From a virus (taxonomy: Duplodnaviria > Caudoviricetes): DNA of 59,590 nt. Below the pieces are notes generated by a model, which had not been told where the DNA came from, ran no database searches, and was given only the letters and a program-made list of their open reading frames with translations. The translations under genes were made by a program, and so were the position numbers. The stretch lies in the IMG/VR virus record IMGVR_UViG_3300012942_000051, positions 1-59,590 of that record. One strand, 5' to 3'. Numbering within the stretch: position 1 is the first letter of the stretch; each line of letters opens with the position of its first letter. Positions 8,174 through 17,849 of the stretch are shown one piece after another.

Positions 8174-8777
8174 GAACGCGAAACCCGGGACGCCCGGCTT
8201 CGGTCGCAACATCGCCCGCGAGATCGAAGCTGGCAAGCCGCCCAAGCAGGCCGAGGCGATCGCCTACAGCAAGGCGCGCGGCGACGCCGATCGTCTTCCT
8301 GCGCATGTTCGATACAACGGACATGTGATTGATACTTCTTACACCAAAGGATCAGACGGGACCAAAGCTGACTACTACGTCGTGTCAGCGACGAAAGGTC
8401 CGCTTAATTCGAGGAAGTTTCCAACGTTAGCTGCCGCCAAGGCTGCTATTGACGCTGGACGCAACGACACTGCGTCACGCGCCTTCAAGTTCAACGCGAC
8501 GGCCGAAGACGGCTCGAAGCATCGTGGTGTGATCCGTGGTGCCGACGAAACCGAAGCAAAAGCGCGCCTCGAGCGTCATCTCGGCAAAAAGGTCGCATCG
8601 GCGACGTTTCGGGCTGGCGACCAGCGTGCCGATGCTGACAAGGCTGCGCGCTTCGCTGTGACGTTGACGAAGGACGGCGAAACTAAGACGCAAAGCTTTC
8701 TAGCGGGCTCGAGTGAAAAAGCGTTGGAGCTTGCGCGCAGAGCTAATCCCGGCTGGTCGGCGGCGGTCGCAAAATGA
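8163..8777 (+). CDS. Head-module protein with small modular domains
   Basis: N-terminal 'NIAREIEAGKPPKQAEAIAYSKAR' motif seen in phage head-region genes, followed by three short repeat-like modules. Confidence 0.65.
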   Translation: MPLENAKPGTPGFGRNIAREIEAGKPPKQAEAIAYSKARGDADRLPAHVRYNGHVIDTSYTKGSDGTKADYYVVSATKGPLNSRKFPTLAAAKAAIDAGRNDTASRAFKFNATAEDGSKHRGVIRGADETEAKARLERHLGKKVASATFRAGDQRADADKAARFAVTLTKDGETKTQSFLAGSSEKALELARRANPGWSAAVAK

Positions 8778-9820
8778 CCCGCGGCGCCGGCATTCTCATT
8801 GTCTGCGGCGGCGAAGCGCTTTTTCTAAAGCGCGGCCCGAACGGCTCGCATCCTGACACCTGGTGTATTCCGGGCGGGCATATCGACGGGGACGAGACGT
8901 CGGCAGAAGCCGCTGTGCGCGAGACAGACGAGGAGACGGGAATTGTAGTTCCTGTCGAAGCGGTCGCCGAATGGACGCGCACGATCATTGCAGGGGTCGA
9001 CTTCACGACCTACATTGCGGGATTGCGTGAGAAGCCCGAAGTCATGATCCAGCCCGATGAAGTCGCCGAATACGTGTGGGCGCCGGTTAACGATCCGCCG
9101 CAGCCATTACATCCTGGCATGGACATGGTGCTCGGACGTTTTCGCATGGACGAGCTGTCCGTTGCAAAAGCGATGGCAGCGGGCAAGCTCGCAAGCCCAT
9201 CTGTCTACCAGAATCTTACGTTGTTCAACATTCGGATCACTGGCACCGGCCTTGCATATCGCATGGGTCACGAAGAATTCGTCTGGCGTGATCCATCGCT
9301 GTACTTGAACGAGCGCTTCTTGCGCCGGTGCAACGGCCTGCCGGTCATTTGGGAGCATCCTGTCGGCACGACGATCGATAGCGACGAGTTTGAACGCCGC
9401 ATCGTGGGCACGATCTTTTACCCGTATATCCCGCTCGACGATGCGAGGGCGGACGAGGTATGGGGCGTTGCCAAGATTTACGACGATGCAGCTATCCGCG
9501 AACTCGAGTCCCATCCTTACAGCACTAGCCCTTCGGTAACGCTTCGTAAAGGGGCAAATGTTACCAAAGAGCTCGATGGCGAGCCTTTGCTGATCGAAGG
9601 TGCGCCAGCGTTGCTTGACCACGTTGCTTTGTGCGAGCATGGGGTATGGGACAAAGGCGGAGCGCCAGATGGCGTCGAGTCCGCTGACGTTGCGCGCGCA
9701 GATTCTGTAATAGGGCACTTGCCGCATAAAAGCGCCCATGATACGCACCACAAGTCAGCGACCATCGGGGCAGCTTTCGCACTCGCCGTCGCCGCGGTTA
9801 CAGCAAGAGGACCTTTCTGA
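8774..9820 (+). CDS. NUDIX hydrolase fused to a DUF2213-like prohead protease / maturation domain
   Basis: Nudix box PGGHIDGDETSAEAAVRETDEETG; C-terminal GLPVIWEHP, STSPSV, LDHVALC..GVWD. Confidence 0.85.
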   Translation: MTRGAGILIVCGGEALFLKRGPNGSHPDTWCIPGGHIDGDETSAEAAVRETDEETGIVVPVEAVAEWTRTIIAGVDFTTYIAGLREKPEVMIQPDEVAEYVWAPVNDPPQPLHPGMDMVLGRFRMDELSVAKAMAAGKLASPSVYQNLTLFNIRITGTGLAYRMGHEEFVWRDPSLYLNERFLRRCNGLPVIWEHPVGTTIDSDEFERRIVGTIFYPYIPLDDARADEVWGVAKIYDDAAIRELESHPYSTSPSVTLRKGANVTKELDGEPLLIEGAPALLDHVALCEHGVWDKGGAPDGVESADVARADSVIGHLPHKSAHDTHHKSATIGAAFALAVAAVTARGPF

Positions 9821-9821
9821 C

Positions 9822-10628
9822 ATGGCCGAAGAGACCGACAAGCCGGAAGCGACGGGCATCGAGAAGATGGTGGCGGATGCAGTCGAAAGCATGAAGGGCT
9901 TCTGCGACTCCGTTCGCGCCGATCTCGACGGCCTCAAGAGCCGAATGGACTCGCTCGAGACGAAGCCCGCAGACGAGCCGAAGGCCGACGAAGCGTTGCC
10001 GGAAGGCGAAGAGCTCGTCATCGAGCATCCGGATGTCGAGGTCACGGCCGAGCCCGCTGCGACCGAGGACGCGGCAATCGAGGCCGCGAAGCCCGAAGAG
10101 CTCGCCGCGGACGAGTTCATCGAACCGAACGAACCGATGGCAGACAGCGTTGCCCGCGAGGCGACTGCCGCGCTGCGTCGTGACTTCGACCGTCTGTCGA
10201 AGATGGTTCCCGCCGAACTGACGATCGAGCAGCGCCAGGCGTTCGCGTCGGCGCAGGAGCAAGCAGAGAACGCTTTCCAGGCGTTCGGCGATCATGCTCC
10301 CGCGCCCATGATCGGCGAGTCGATCGGCACCTACAAGCGGCGCCTTGCGTCGAAGTTGCAGGGCCATTCCGAAAAATGGAAGAACACGAAGCTCACCGCC
10401 ATCACCGATGACGGCGCGTTGGACGTGATCGTCGGCGATATCTACAACGATGCTGTCGCCGTCGCGCGGCGTGGCGCCGACGTGCCGGCCGGGCAGCTTT
10501 CGCCCGTCAAGCGTCGCACCGATGCCGGGCACACGATTATCGAATACCGGGGTTCGCCGGGCGCGTGGATGCGTCCGCTGGCCGGTGCCACCCGCCGGGC
10601 GACCGGCAAGTTCAATATCGGCCGCTAA
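9822..10628 (+). CDS. Capsid scaffolding protein
   Basis: Acidic coiled-coil protein between the protease and capsid genes; AGAGGA RBS. Confidence 0.7.
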   Translation: MAEETDKPEATGIEKMVADAVESMKGFCDSVRADLDGLKSRMDSLETKPADEPKADEALPEGEELVIEHPDVEVTAEPAATEDAAIEAAKPEELAADEFIEPNEPMADSVAREATAALRRDFDRLSKMVPAELTIEQRQAFASAQEQAENAFQAFGDHAPAPMIGESIGTYKRRLASKLQGHSEKWKNTKLTAITDDGALDVIVGDIYNDAVAVARRGADVPAGQLSPVKRRTDAGHTIIEYRGSPGAWMRPLAGATRRATGKFNIGR

Positions 10629-10683
10629 TCGGTCCGTGTGCTGCGGCTGACCTAAGGTCGACCGCACGTAGGGAGAACCTCGA

Positions 10684-11583
10684 ATGGCTTACACGAACGG
10701 CTTTCCTGTCACGACCAGTGGCATGGGCCTCTTCAACGGCGCATCGTCCAAGGGCTACATTGCAGGACAGGCGCAGCCCGATCCCGCGACCCGCTGGGCC
10801 TTGCGTGGCGGTCTCGTCGCATCGTCCGAGACGGCGCCGATGTATGGCGGCGTTGGCGTCTACGCCGATGTCCCCGCGCAGGCGCTGTCCGTTCCGCTCC
10901 CCGCAATCGGCCGCGCGACCGCGTTGACGGGCGGCACCAAGAATCTTATCGGATTCACGGTTTCCGACCAGAGCTACAACCTGCTGATCGATCCGCAGAA
11001 TCCCGTGCCTTCGGCCGGTTCGGGCCAGACGATCGGATGGTACCCGCTTGGCTCGCGTGCCCGGATCGCCGTCGCCTGCGATCCGTCGCTTATCGCGCTT
11101 GCAGGCTCGCTGCTCAACGCTCAGGTCTCGTGGGACTTCGCCGCGCAGATGCTGGTGCCGTATTCGGCCGCCTACGCGGGCGCGACGATTTCCAACGCGG
11201 TGTGGGCAAACACCAGCGGCGGCGAAGTCACCTTCACGGTCGGCAGCGACCTGACCGGCGATCTCGATGCGGGCGACGATATCGACGTTACCGGCGTTGT
11301 CAACACCGGCGGCGATTCCACGTCGGCGTTCAACGGCAATTGGATTGTCGTGAGCGTCACGTCCACGACAATCGTGGTGAAGGCGCCGGCATCGGCCAGC
11401 ATCGGTACCTATGCGTCGGGCGGCCAGGTCGTCGGCGGGGGCGGCGCGCTCGCCGTCACCGTGCTGGACGTCGTTCCGGCCGGCAACATGGTTCCGGTGT
11501 GGAACGCGGCCCTCGGCACGCTGACCTGGAACTACGACGGCGCGGCCGCTCTCATCCAGCTCACCGGCGGCACGGTCGCCTAA
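10684..11583 (+). CDS. Head decoration / cement protein with inserted beta-rich module
   Basis: Immediately upstream of the MCP; high-expression codon bias. Confidence 0.65.
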   Translation: MAYTNGFPVTTSGMGLFNGASSKGYIAGQAQPDPATRWALRGGLVASSETAPMYGGVGVYADVPAQALSVPLPAIGRATALTGGTKNLIGFTVSDQSYNLLIDPQNPVPSAGSGQTIGWYPLGSRARIAVACDPSLIALAGSLLNAQVSWDFAAQMLVPYSAAYAGATISNAVWANTSGGEVTFTVGSDLTGDLDAGDDIDVTGVVNTGGDSTSAFNGNWIVVSVTSTTIVVKAPASASIGTYASGGQVVGGGGALAVTVLDVVPAGNMVPVWNAALGTLTWNYDGAAALIQLTGGTVA

Positions 11584-11606
11584 CCGGTTAACCAGGAGAC
11601 AATTCC

Positions 11607-12629
11607 ATGGCGATCAGTGCAACTGCCTACCGGATCATCGAGCCGAGCTTTCAGGAGCCCGGCTTGCTGGTTCAGTATCAGCAGCCCTCGGGTTACACCG
11701 ACACGCTCGAAGGCGGCGAGATTCGTGCCCGGCTCGGCACGGATAACCTTGCCGTTTACATGAAGCAGGTCAATATCCGCACCCGCAATGCCGGTGCGCA
11801 ATCGGCGTTCAACGAACTGCCGGGTGTCGATATCCAGGCGTCGCTCATCTCGACGGCGAGCTACCTGTTCCGCGTTCGGGCCGAGTACGATCACCACGAC
11901 ACCGCGGCCGGCGGCAATTATGGCTTCTCGACGCCGCAGGCTTACAGCCTCGGCATGCGGCAGGCCCACGCGCAGCAGGCGCGCGATATCGCGCTCTTCG
12001 GTCTGCAGCCGCAGAACGGCGAAGGTCTTCTGAACGCGCCGGGCGCGACGGAAGTCAACCTTCCGGCCGACAGCTCGGGGCATACCACGCTCGTCACTTA
12101 TGATAACGGCGAATTCGCGTTCTTCCTCGCGCAGCAGATCATGCTGCTGAAGAAGAACACGTTGCAGCTCGGGCAGGGCTCGAAGTTCACGGTGCTCGGC
12201 CCGCAGCGCGCGCTCGGCCTGTTCGAGTACAACGTGGTGCAGCTGACCAGCTTCCAGCGCGTCGGTTCGGGCACCGCGTCGTCCAAGGGCACGTTCCAGG
12301 AAATCCTCATGGACAATGGGGACGAGCTGACCTGGTCGTATGACGACACGCTGCAGGGCGCCGGCGGCGATGCCGATACGGACATTATCATCATCGCCAT
12401 GCCGGAGCTGAACCTCCCGGTCGGCGCGGCGCAGGAAACGAACGCCTTTTCCGGCCTCGCTCCCGCCACTCCGGCCAATATCACGCAGTATGCCGACAAG
12501 GCCGCGCCGACCGAGATCATGGTCCCGCTGCCCGGCGGCGTTACCGACGTGACCAGCGAGTGGCGTCTGACGCCGGGGTGGGCCGTTCGTCCGCAGGGCC
12601 TGCTTATCATCCGGGCCACCTACGCCTGA
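11607..12629 (+). CDS. Major capsid protein
   Basis: 340 aa; AGGAG RBS; strongest codon bias in the window; 'ALFGLQPQNGEGLLNAPG' HK97-fold-type segment; synteny. Confidence 0.85.
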   Translation: MAISATAYRIIEPSFQEPGLLVQYQQPSGYTDTLEGGEIRARLGTDNLAVYMKQVNIRTRNAGAQSAFNELPGVDIQASLISTASYLFRVRAEYDHHDTAAGGNYGFSTPQAYSLGMRQAHAQQARDIALFGLQPQNGEGLLNAPGATEVNLPADSSGHTTLVTYDNGEFAFFLAQQIMLLKKNTLQLGQGSKFTVLGPQRALGLFEYNVVQLTSFQRVGSGTASSKGTFQEILMDNGDELTWSYDDTLQGAGGDADTDIIIIAMPELNLPVGAAQETNAFSGLAPATPANITQYADKAAPTEIMVPLPGGVTDVTSEWRLTPGWAVRPQGLLIIRATYA

Positions 12630-12712
12630 CAGGGGTCAGCCGGCGCGAGTTGTGTGCCCTCGCTCGTTCTGGCTGACACCCACCCGTAGAGGGCCAGAAG
12701 GGCACCATTTCC

Positions 12713-13261
12713 ATGCGTATTTTCGTAGTCAACGCTACGGGCCAAAACAAGGTCTTCAACTACCGCCTCGATTACCTTGTGGACGAGGACGGGCGCAAGA
12801 TCGTCGGCACAGCGAAGCCGTATCGCACCCTCACGATTCCTGCGCGCCAGCAGATTCAGCTCGGCGGCGATTGGAATCCGGTGCAAGCACAGAACATCAT
12901 CGAGCAGCTCGAAGAGCCGGCGGTTGGCGGCGTCCACGTCAATAACATTCGCACAGCAAAAGCGAAGGGACAGGTTCGTCTTGTCTGGAATCAAGACAAG
13001 CCCGTCAATCGTTCGATCTGCGAAGACGTTTTTCATCACAATGTCGGCTTCCTCTCGAACGAAGGCGAGCGTCGGCGCAAGAATATGGCTCTCGCAAACA
13101 GCGCGACTGCGGACGCAGCAAACGCGCAAGCGTCGTCCGCTTTCTCGGTCGAAGTCGAGACTGTCGAGGCTGACCCTGACGCCGTCTCGCCGTCGATCGA
13201 GGCGGGTTACCGCGTCGAAAAGCCGAAGGCTGGCAAGACATCGAAGAAAGGGGCACGGTAG
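12713..13261 (+). CDS. Hypothetical virion-associated protein
   Basis: Lies between the MCP and the head-tail adaptor. Confidence 0.65.
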   Translation: MRIFVVNATGQNKVFNYRLDYLVDEDGRKIVGTAKPYRTLTIPARQQIQLGGDWNPVQAQNIIEQLEEPAVGGVHVNNIRTAKAKGQVRLVWNQDKPVNRSICEDVFHHNVGFLSNEGERRRKNMALANSATADAANAQASSAFSVEVETVEADPDAVSPSIEAGYRVEKPKAGKTSKKGAR

Positions 13262-13266
13262 CTCCT

Positions 13267-13758
13267 GTGGGCACCTACACCCCCACCCTCGCCGGCTATA
13301 CCGCATGGGTCTTCGGTTCGGGGATGGGGGTGCCGACCGCGTGGCTATCGACTAGCGATCCGAATATTTCTTTGAGCTATGAGATCGCGACTGAGACAGT
13401 TCGGTGCGGTTTCGCATGTATCGCGCCAGCAATTTACCAGCTGATGGTTTACAATCTTGCAGGGCACTATCTCGCGCAATTCGCGCAAGATCCGTCGCCG
13501 CTGCCTGATCCGCCGTTCATCGTGGTTGATGGCGTTTCCTACGGCTTTTGGTCGTATCTTCGTAAAACCAGCGGCCTTAACGGCTTTACGTCCGGCATCG
13601 TCACCGGTTCGAGCGACGAAGGAACGTCGGTTTCGTTGGCACAGCCTAAATGGGCCGACAACCTCACCATGGGCCAGCTGCAACTCACCAACACGCCTTG
13701 GGGCCGGCTTTACCTCGGGTGGGCGCAGGATGCGGGCACCGCTTGGGGTCTCAGCTAG
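13267..13758 (+). CDS. Head-tail adaptor (DUF4054-like)
   Basis: YNLAGH, GIVTGSSDEGTSVS and TPWGRLY motifs. Confidence 0.75.
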   Translation: MGTYTPTLAGYTAWVFGSGMGVPTAWLSTSDPNISLSYEIATETVRCGFACIAPAIYQLMVYNLAGHYLAQFAQDPSPLPDPPFIVVDGVSYGFWSYLRKTSGLNGFTSGIVTGSSDEGTSVSLAQPKWADNLTMGQLQLTNTPWGRLYLGWAQDAGTAWGLS

Positions 13759-14117
13759 TGCCACAAGTCAGCCGCGTCCTTCGCTCCTACACCGACGCGA
13801 ATGGTCGCAAGGGCTACGGTTGGTGGTGCCCGGGCTGCAAGCATATGCACTATGTGCCCACAGACGGCGGATCGCGTCCTGTGTGGGGCTTCGATAACAA
13901 CCTGGAATCGCCGACGTTTACGCCTTCGTATCGAGAGTACATTCCCGCGATGCCGACGCATCCGCGTCTAGAATGCCGCGTCGAGCGAACGACGTGCCAT
14001 TGCTTCGTTCGCTCAGGCCAAATTGAGTTCTTGAACGACTCCAGGCATGAGCTTCGTGGCTTGCACCCGATGGTCGATCTCGACACGATCGAGAATTACG
14101 GGTGGGGCTATGACTGA
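13758..14117 (+). CDS. Cys/His metal-binding protein (DUF6527-like)
   Basis: WCPGCKHMH, W.FD....PTFTPS and CHCFVRSGQIEFLND..H motifs. Confidence 0.7.
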   Translation: MPQVSRVLRSYTDANGRKGYGWWCPGCKHMHYVPTDGGSRPVWGFDNNLESPTFTPSYREYIPAMPTHPRLECRVERTTCHCFVRSGQIEFLNDSRHELRGLHPMVDLDTIENYGWGYD

Positions 14118-14580
14118 CCTGGTATTCGGCGAAGTTAGCGTGCCTTATGACAATAAGCACGGCACCGCCAACACAGTAGACGTTGCGCGCATCTTAGAAG
14201 CAAAATATGGTCTTTTCAGCGCCTTCTACAAACGGCACGAAGCCGACATAAAAGCCGAGCTCGTTAACTCAGCAGAGGGCGTTCTTGAGAACTTGCACGC
14301 TGGGGCTCCCCTCGGCGACAACCCTTTTGCAAGCTCGTCGCAGCGTATCGACGCCCTTTTTCGTAAGTTCCTGGAGACGTCGGAAATCGAGGAGATGGGC
14401 ATCGACGGCGTGCCCACTCAAGCGGCGTTAAAGGGCGTTTCGCACCGCTTCAAAAAGAAAAAGAATAACATCCGCAAGAACGGCAAAATAGTCGCAGAAG
14501 GCGTCCGTCGCCCTAGCTTCATCGATACCGGAACGCTCGAGCTCGCATTCCGCTCGTGGCTGGAGGGCGTTCTCGCATGA
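14110..14580 (+). CDS. Neck / tail completion protein
   Basis: RPSFIDTG motif; synteny. Confidence 0.7.
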   Translation: MTDLVFGEVSVPYDNKHGTANTVDVARILEAKYGLFSAFYKRHEADIKAELVNSAEGVLENLHAGAPLGDNPFASSSQRIDALFRKFLETSEIEEMGIDGVPTQAALKGVSHRFKKKKNNIRKNGKIVAEGVRRPSFIDTGTLELAFRSWLEGVLA

Positions 14581-15560
14581 GCGCTGCAACCGAAAGCATG
14601 GGCGTCGGCAACAATGCGATGGCGCAAGCCTTAGCGTCGGGCCTCGACACCCTCGATCTCAAACAAGAGGTCACGTTTACCCTTTACGTTCGCCAAGTGC
14701 TGCCGATTGATGGATTCGTGTTCTGGCTCAAAGCCGATCAAGTTTTGAACCCGCCGCCGTCGATCGCAGATCTGCCTCTGACGCTGACCGTTGAAGGCTC
14801 ATTGCATCACGCGACGGTCAACACGCAGTCAGAAGACGAAAACTTCTCGACGCATAAGCTGATCTTCACGGCGAAAAGCCCCGTCAACAATCTTGGCGCG
14901 ATGGCTCCTGACACGCTATACATGGCGACGGTTGACGGCAACCGTTATGCTTTCAGCGCGCGCAGCAACTGGTATCGACAAGCCGACCTTTATCATTATT
15001 CTGGCGAAGCTGTTTTTCCGTCGCTTTCGGACATGGTCGTCGATCATATTGACGACCTCGATCTCGACCACAAGGTACTCAGCAATAGCATGCCTTTGTG
15101 GTTGCTTTTCACCAATTCTGCGACGCCGTCTTTCACCAACACATTTCCGATCTACCCAAGCTACCTAATGCCTGATAATCTGTTCCCGCCTTATGCGTCG
15201 GTGAACGTCGAAACTCGCTCGACAAAGGCAATTGGTGCAGGACGTTTTTACGACGGCGACGGCAATCGTTACCAGCTCGTTCAAGAGACAGTCGAGATCA
15301 GCCTTTTTGGCGTTCGGAATGACGATGCGTTGGATTGGGTCGATGCCGTCGTCCAATACGGGCTCGACCACTCGGATTCGTTCGGCGTGATGAACAGCCC
15401 TGTGGTTACAGACGATAAACGTGCGCAGGTCGAGATCTCAGCGCTTGCACAAAAGAAAAGCATTACGTTTCAAGTCAACTACTACCAGACTAGACTCGAA
15501 GCGATCGTGCAGAAGTATATTCTAAGCGCGTTTGTTGCAGATTTCTACGCGCATGTTTGA
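14577..15560 (+). CDS. Head-closure / tail-terminator structural protein
   Basis: Position before the sheath; ATGA coupling. Confidence 0.6.
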   Translation: MSAATESMGVGNNAMAQALASGLDTLDLKQEVTFTLYVRQVLPIDGFVFWLKADQVLNPPPSIADLPLTLTVEGSLHHATVNTQSEDENFSTHKLIFTAKSPVNNLGAMAPDTLYMATVDGNRYAFSARSNWYRQADLYHYSGEAVFPSLSDMVVDHIDDLDLDHKVLSNSMPLWLLFTNSATPSFTNTFPIYPSYLMPDNLFPPYASVNVETRSTKAIGAGRFYDGDGNRYQLVQETVEISLFGVRNDDALDWVDAVVQYGLDHSDSFGVMNSPVVTDDKRAQVEISALAQKKSITFQVNYYQTRLEAIVQKYILSAFVADFYAHV

Positions 15561-15679
15561 CGATTCCATATCGTGCGAGCGCCCTTGCCGGGCGCACAAT
15601 GCGACGATACGCGAAGGGCGCCCCAAGGTGGGGTAACCCACACAAGGCGCCTCACAGCGCCGCTACGACGGAGGTTACA

Positions 15680-15901
15680 ATGCCGCAGAACAATTTTCCG
15701 TGGAAAGAGGGCGAAGCGCCGTCCTGGGACGACATTCAGGACAAGCCGGCGACGTTCACCCCGCCGGCCGCGACTGCCGAAGCGATCGGCGGCGTCAAAG
15801 AAGGTGCCCACATTGCGCAGCTGACTGGCGCACCGACCGAAGCGGATTTTAACAATCTGCTTACGGTGCTGCAGAACGCTGGCATCCTCGCCAGCTCGTA
15901 A
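15680..15901 (+). CDS. Head fibre-like protein
   Basis: GGAGG RBS; W.DI.DKP, PAAT...IGGVK and FNNLL..L..AGIL motifs. Confidence 0.7.
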   Translation: MPQNNFPWKEGEAPSWDDIQDKPATFTPPAATAEAIGGVKEGAHIAQLTGAPTEADFNNLLTVLQNAGILASS

Positions 15902-15983
15902 GTAAACTCGCTTGCGCAGCGCTGGGGTGCCGTGTATTGTCACGCGGCACCCCGTTTGCAGACTTTAGGATAAGGGAACCGTC

Positions 15984-17378
15984 ATGGCTATCACGCCGAT
16001 TGTAACGGTCAATACGTCTATCACGACGGCGCCGACGCCCAATAGCCTGCAGCAGCGAGGCGCTCTCGTAACGCAAGGCGGAACGACGCTTGCGCCGCAG
16101 ACACTGCACCTATTGACGAGTGCGACAGATCTGGCCGATATCGCGGCGCTGCCGATCGTCAACGAATCTCTCGTTTGGGCGTCAAACGAAGTCACGGTAA
16201 CGACGGCGACGCCGCATGGTTTCAACGACGGCGACACGATCAAGGTCACAATCGCCGGCGCCGTGCCGGCCGGCTACAACGGCACCTTCGATGCGACGGT
16301 GACCGGCACCGATACCCTGACCTACCCGCTCAACACGAATCCAGGTGCCGAGACCGCTCCTGGCACGACGACGCTTGCGTCCAAAGCCGAGCTCGCGCAG
16401 ATGGTCAACACCTATTTCGAGGGTAACGGCGTTCCCGCCGTCTACGTGCTCGAGCTGGGCGAAGGCACGCCGGACGAAGGCGTTGCCGCGCTCACGACGT
16501 TCTTGGCCAACGTTGCCGGCACGACTGACGCCATTTATTCCTACCTCGTTCCGCGCGAGTGGGATGCGCTTGCGTCATTTCTGACGCTGTGTCTCGCTTA
16601 TAACGCGCCCAACAGCAAAGTTTACTTTTACGTCACCACGACGGTCAACAATCGCGCCGTCTACTCGGGTCCGGCTTACAAGTGCGTTTTCGCTTTGGTG
16701 GAATCGCCCACAGTCGATAGCCAGGAATTTTCGTGCGCGGCGCCGTTCGGCACGACGCTCAAACAGAATCCGTCGAGCACAAACAAGGTGCCGCCTTTGT
16801 CTTATACGCCGGCTTTCGGCGTGACAGCCTACCCGATCCGCGGCAACCAAACAACGCTGCAGGAGCTTGCCGTCGCCTCTGTTAACTGGATCGGCACAGG
16901 CGCCGAAGGCGGCGTTACGACCGACATTTTGTTCCAAGGCAAGATGTCGGACGGCAACTTCTGGAATTTCTGGTATTCGGTCGATTGGGCGCAGATCAAT
17001 ATGGATCTTGCGCTCGCCAACGAAGTCATCAACGGTTCGGCAACGTCGGTCAATCCCCTTTACTACAACCAGCAGGGTATCGATCGGCTGCAGAATCGTG
17101 CTGCCCGCATTGCGACCGCAGGCATTAGCTACGGTCTCGGCAACGGTCAGGTCGTTCTGACGAAACTGAGCTCGGCGCAGTTCCAATCGAACTACAATGC
17201 CGGCCTTTACGCCGGGCAGATCGTCATAAACGCCGAACCGTTCTCGACCTATACGAGCGAGAACCCGGGCGACTACGGGCAGGGCAAGTATGCCGGAATC
17301 TCGTGCATCTGGATTCCGCAGCTGCCGTTCCTCAACATCATTTTCTCGCTCCAGGCAACGACTCTCATCACCGGGTAA
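15984..17378 (+). CDS. Tail sheath protein (DUF3383-like)
   Basis: 464 aa; WYSVDWAQIN and PLYYNQQGIDRLQ motifs; followed by the tube gene. Confidence 0.85.
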   Translation: MAITPIVTVNTSITTAPTPNSLQQRGALVTQGGTTLAPQTLHLLTSATDLADIAALPIVNESLVWASNEVTVTTATPHGFNDGDTIKVTIAGAVPAGYNGTFDATVTGTDTLTYPLNTNPGAETAPGTTTLASKAELAQMVNTYFEGNGVPAVYVLELGEGTPDEGVAALTTFLANVAGTTDAIYSYLVPREWDALASFLTLCLAYNAPNSKVYFYVTTTVNNRAVYSGPAYKCVFALVESPTVDSQEFSCAAPFGTTLKQNPSSTNKVPPLSYTPAFGVTAYPIRGNQTTLQELAVASVNWIGTGAEGGVTTDILFQGKMSDGNFWNFWYSVDWAQINMDLALANEVINGSATSVNPLYYNQQGIDRLQNRAARIATAGISYGLGNGQVVLTKLSSAQFQSNYNAGLYAGQIVINAEPFSTYTSENPGDYGQGKYAGISCIWIPQLPFLNIIFSLQATTLITG

Positions 17379-17387
17379 GGAACAGTC

Positions 17388-17825
17388 ATGGCGAATCCAT
17401 ACGTCCCGCAAGGCACTCTGAACCGCGCCCTGACCAGCGTGTCGGTGATCGCGCTGCCCGACCTCAACGTGACTACGGGGTATTTCGGCGAGCAGCTCGC
17501 CGTTATCAACTTCGAGGATCGAATCTCCGACTACATTCCGACGACCGCGGGCGCGGTGCCTTCGCCACGTCTCGTTCAGTTCGTGACCGTGCGGATGTAC
17601 CTGAACAAGTCGCAGGCGCTCGCGGCTCAGTGGGAGCAACAGCGGCTGACAAACGCGATTCTCGGCGATATCGTGGTGGTCACCGACAGCCCGACGCTGC
17701 CGAGCTTTTACTTCCAGAACTGCGTCTTCGAGAATGTGGACAGCCTCAATCTCAACGGCACGTCCGCCGATTACGCGGTCCAGGTTCGCGGGACCTATCC
17801 TGTCAACGCGAGCCTCTTTACCTAA
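17388..17825 (+). CDS. Tail tube protein
   Basis: 145 aa directly after the sheath. Confidence 0.75.
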   Translation: MANPYVPQGTLNRALTSVSVIALPDLNVTTGYFGEQLAVINFEDRISDYIPTTAGAVPSPRLVQFVTVRMYLNKSQALAAQWEQQRLTNAILGDIVVVTDSPTLPSFYFQNCVFENVDSLNLNGTSADYAVQVRGTYPVNASLFT

Positions 17826-17849
17826 TTTTGAACCGCGAAGGGCACTCGC

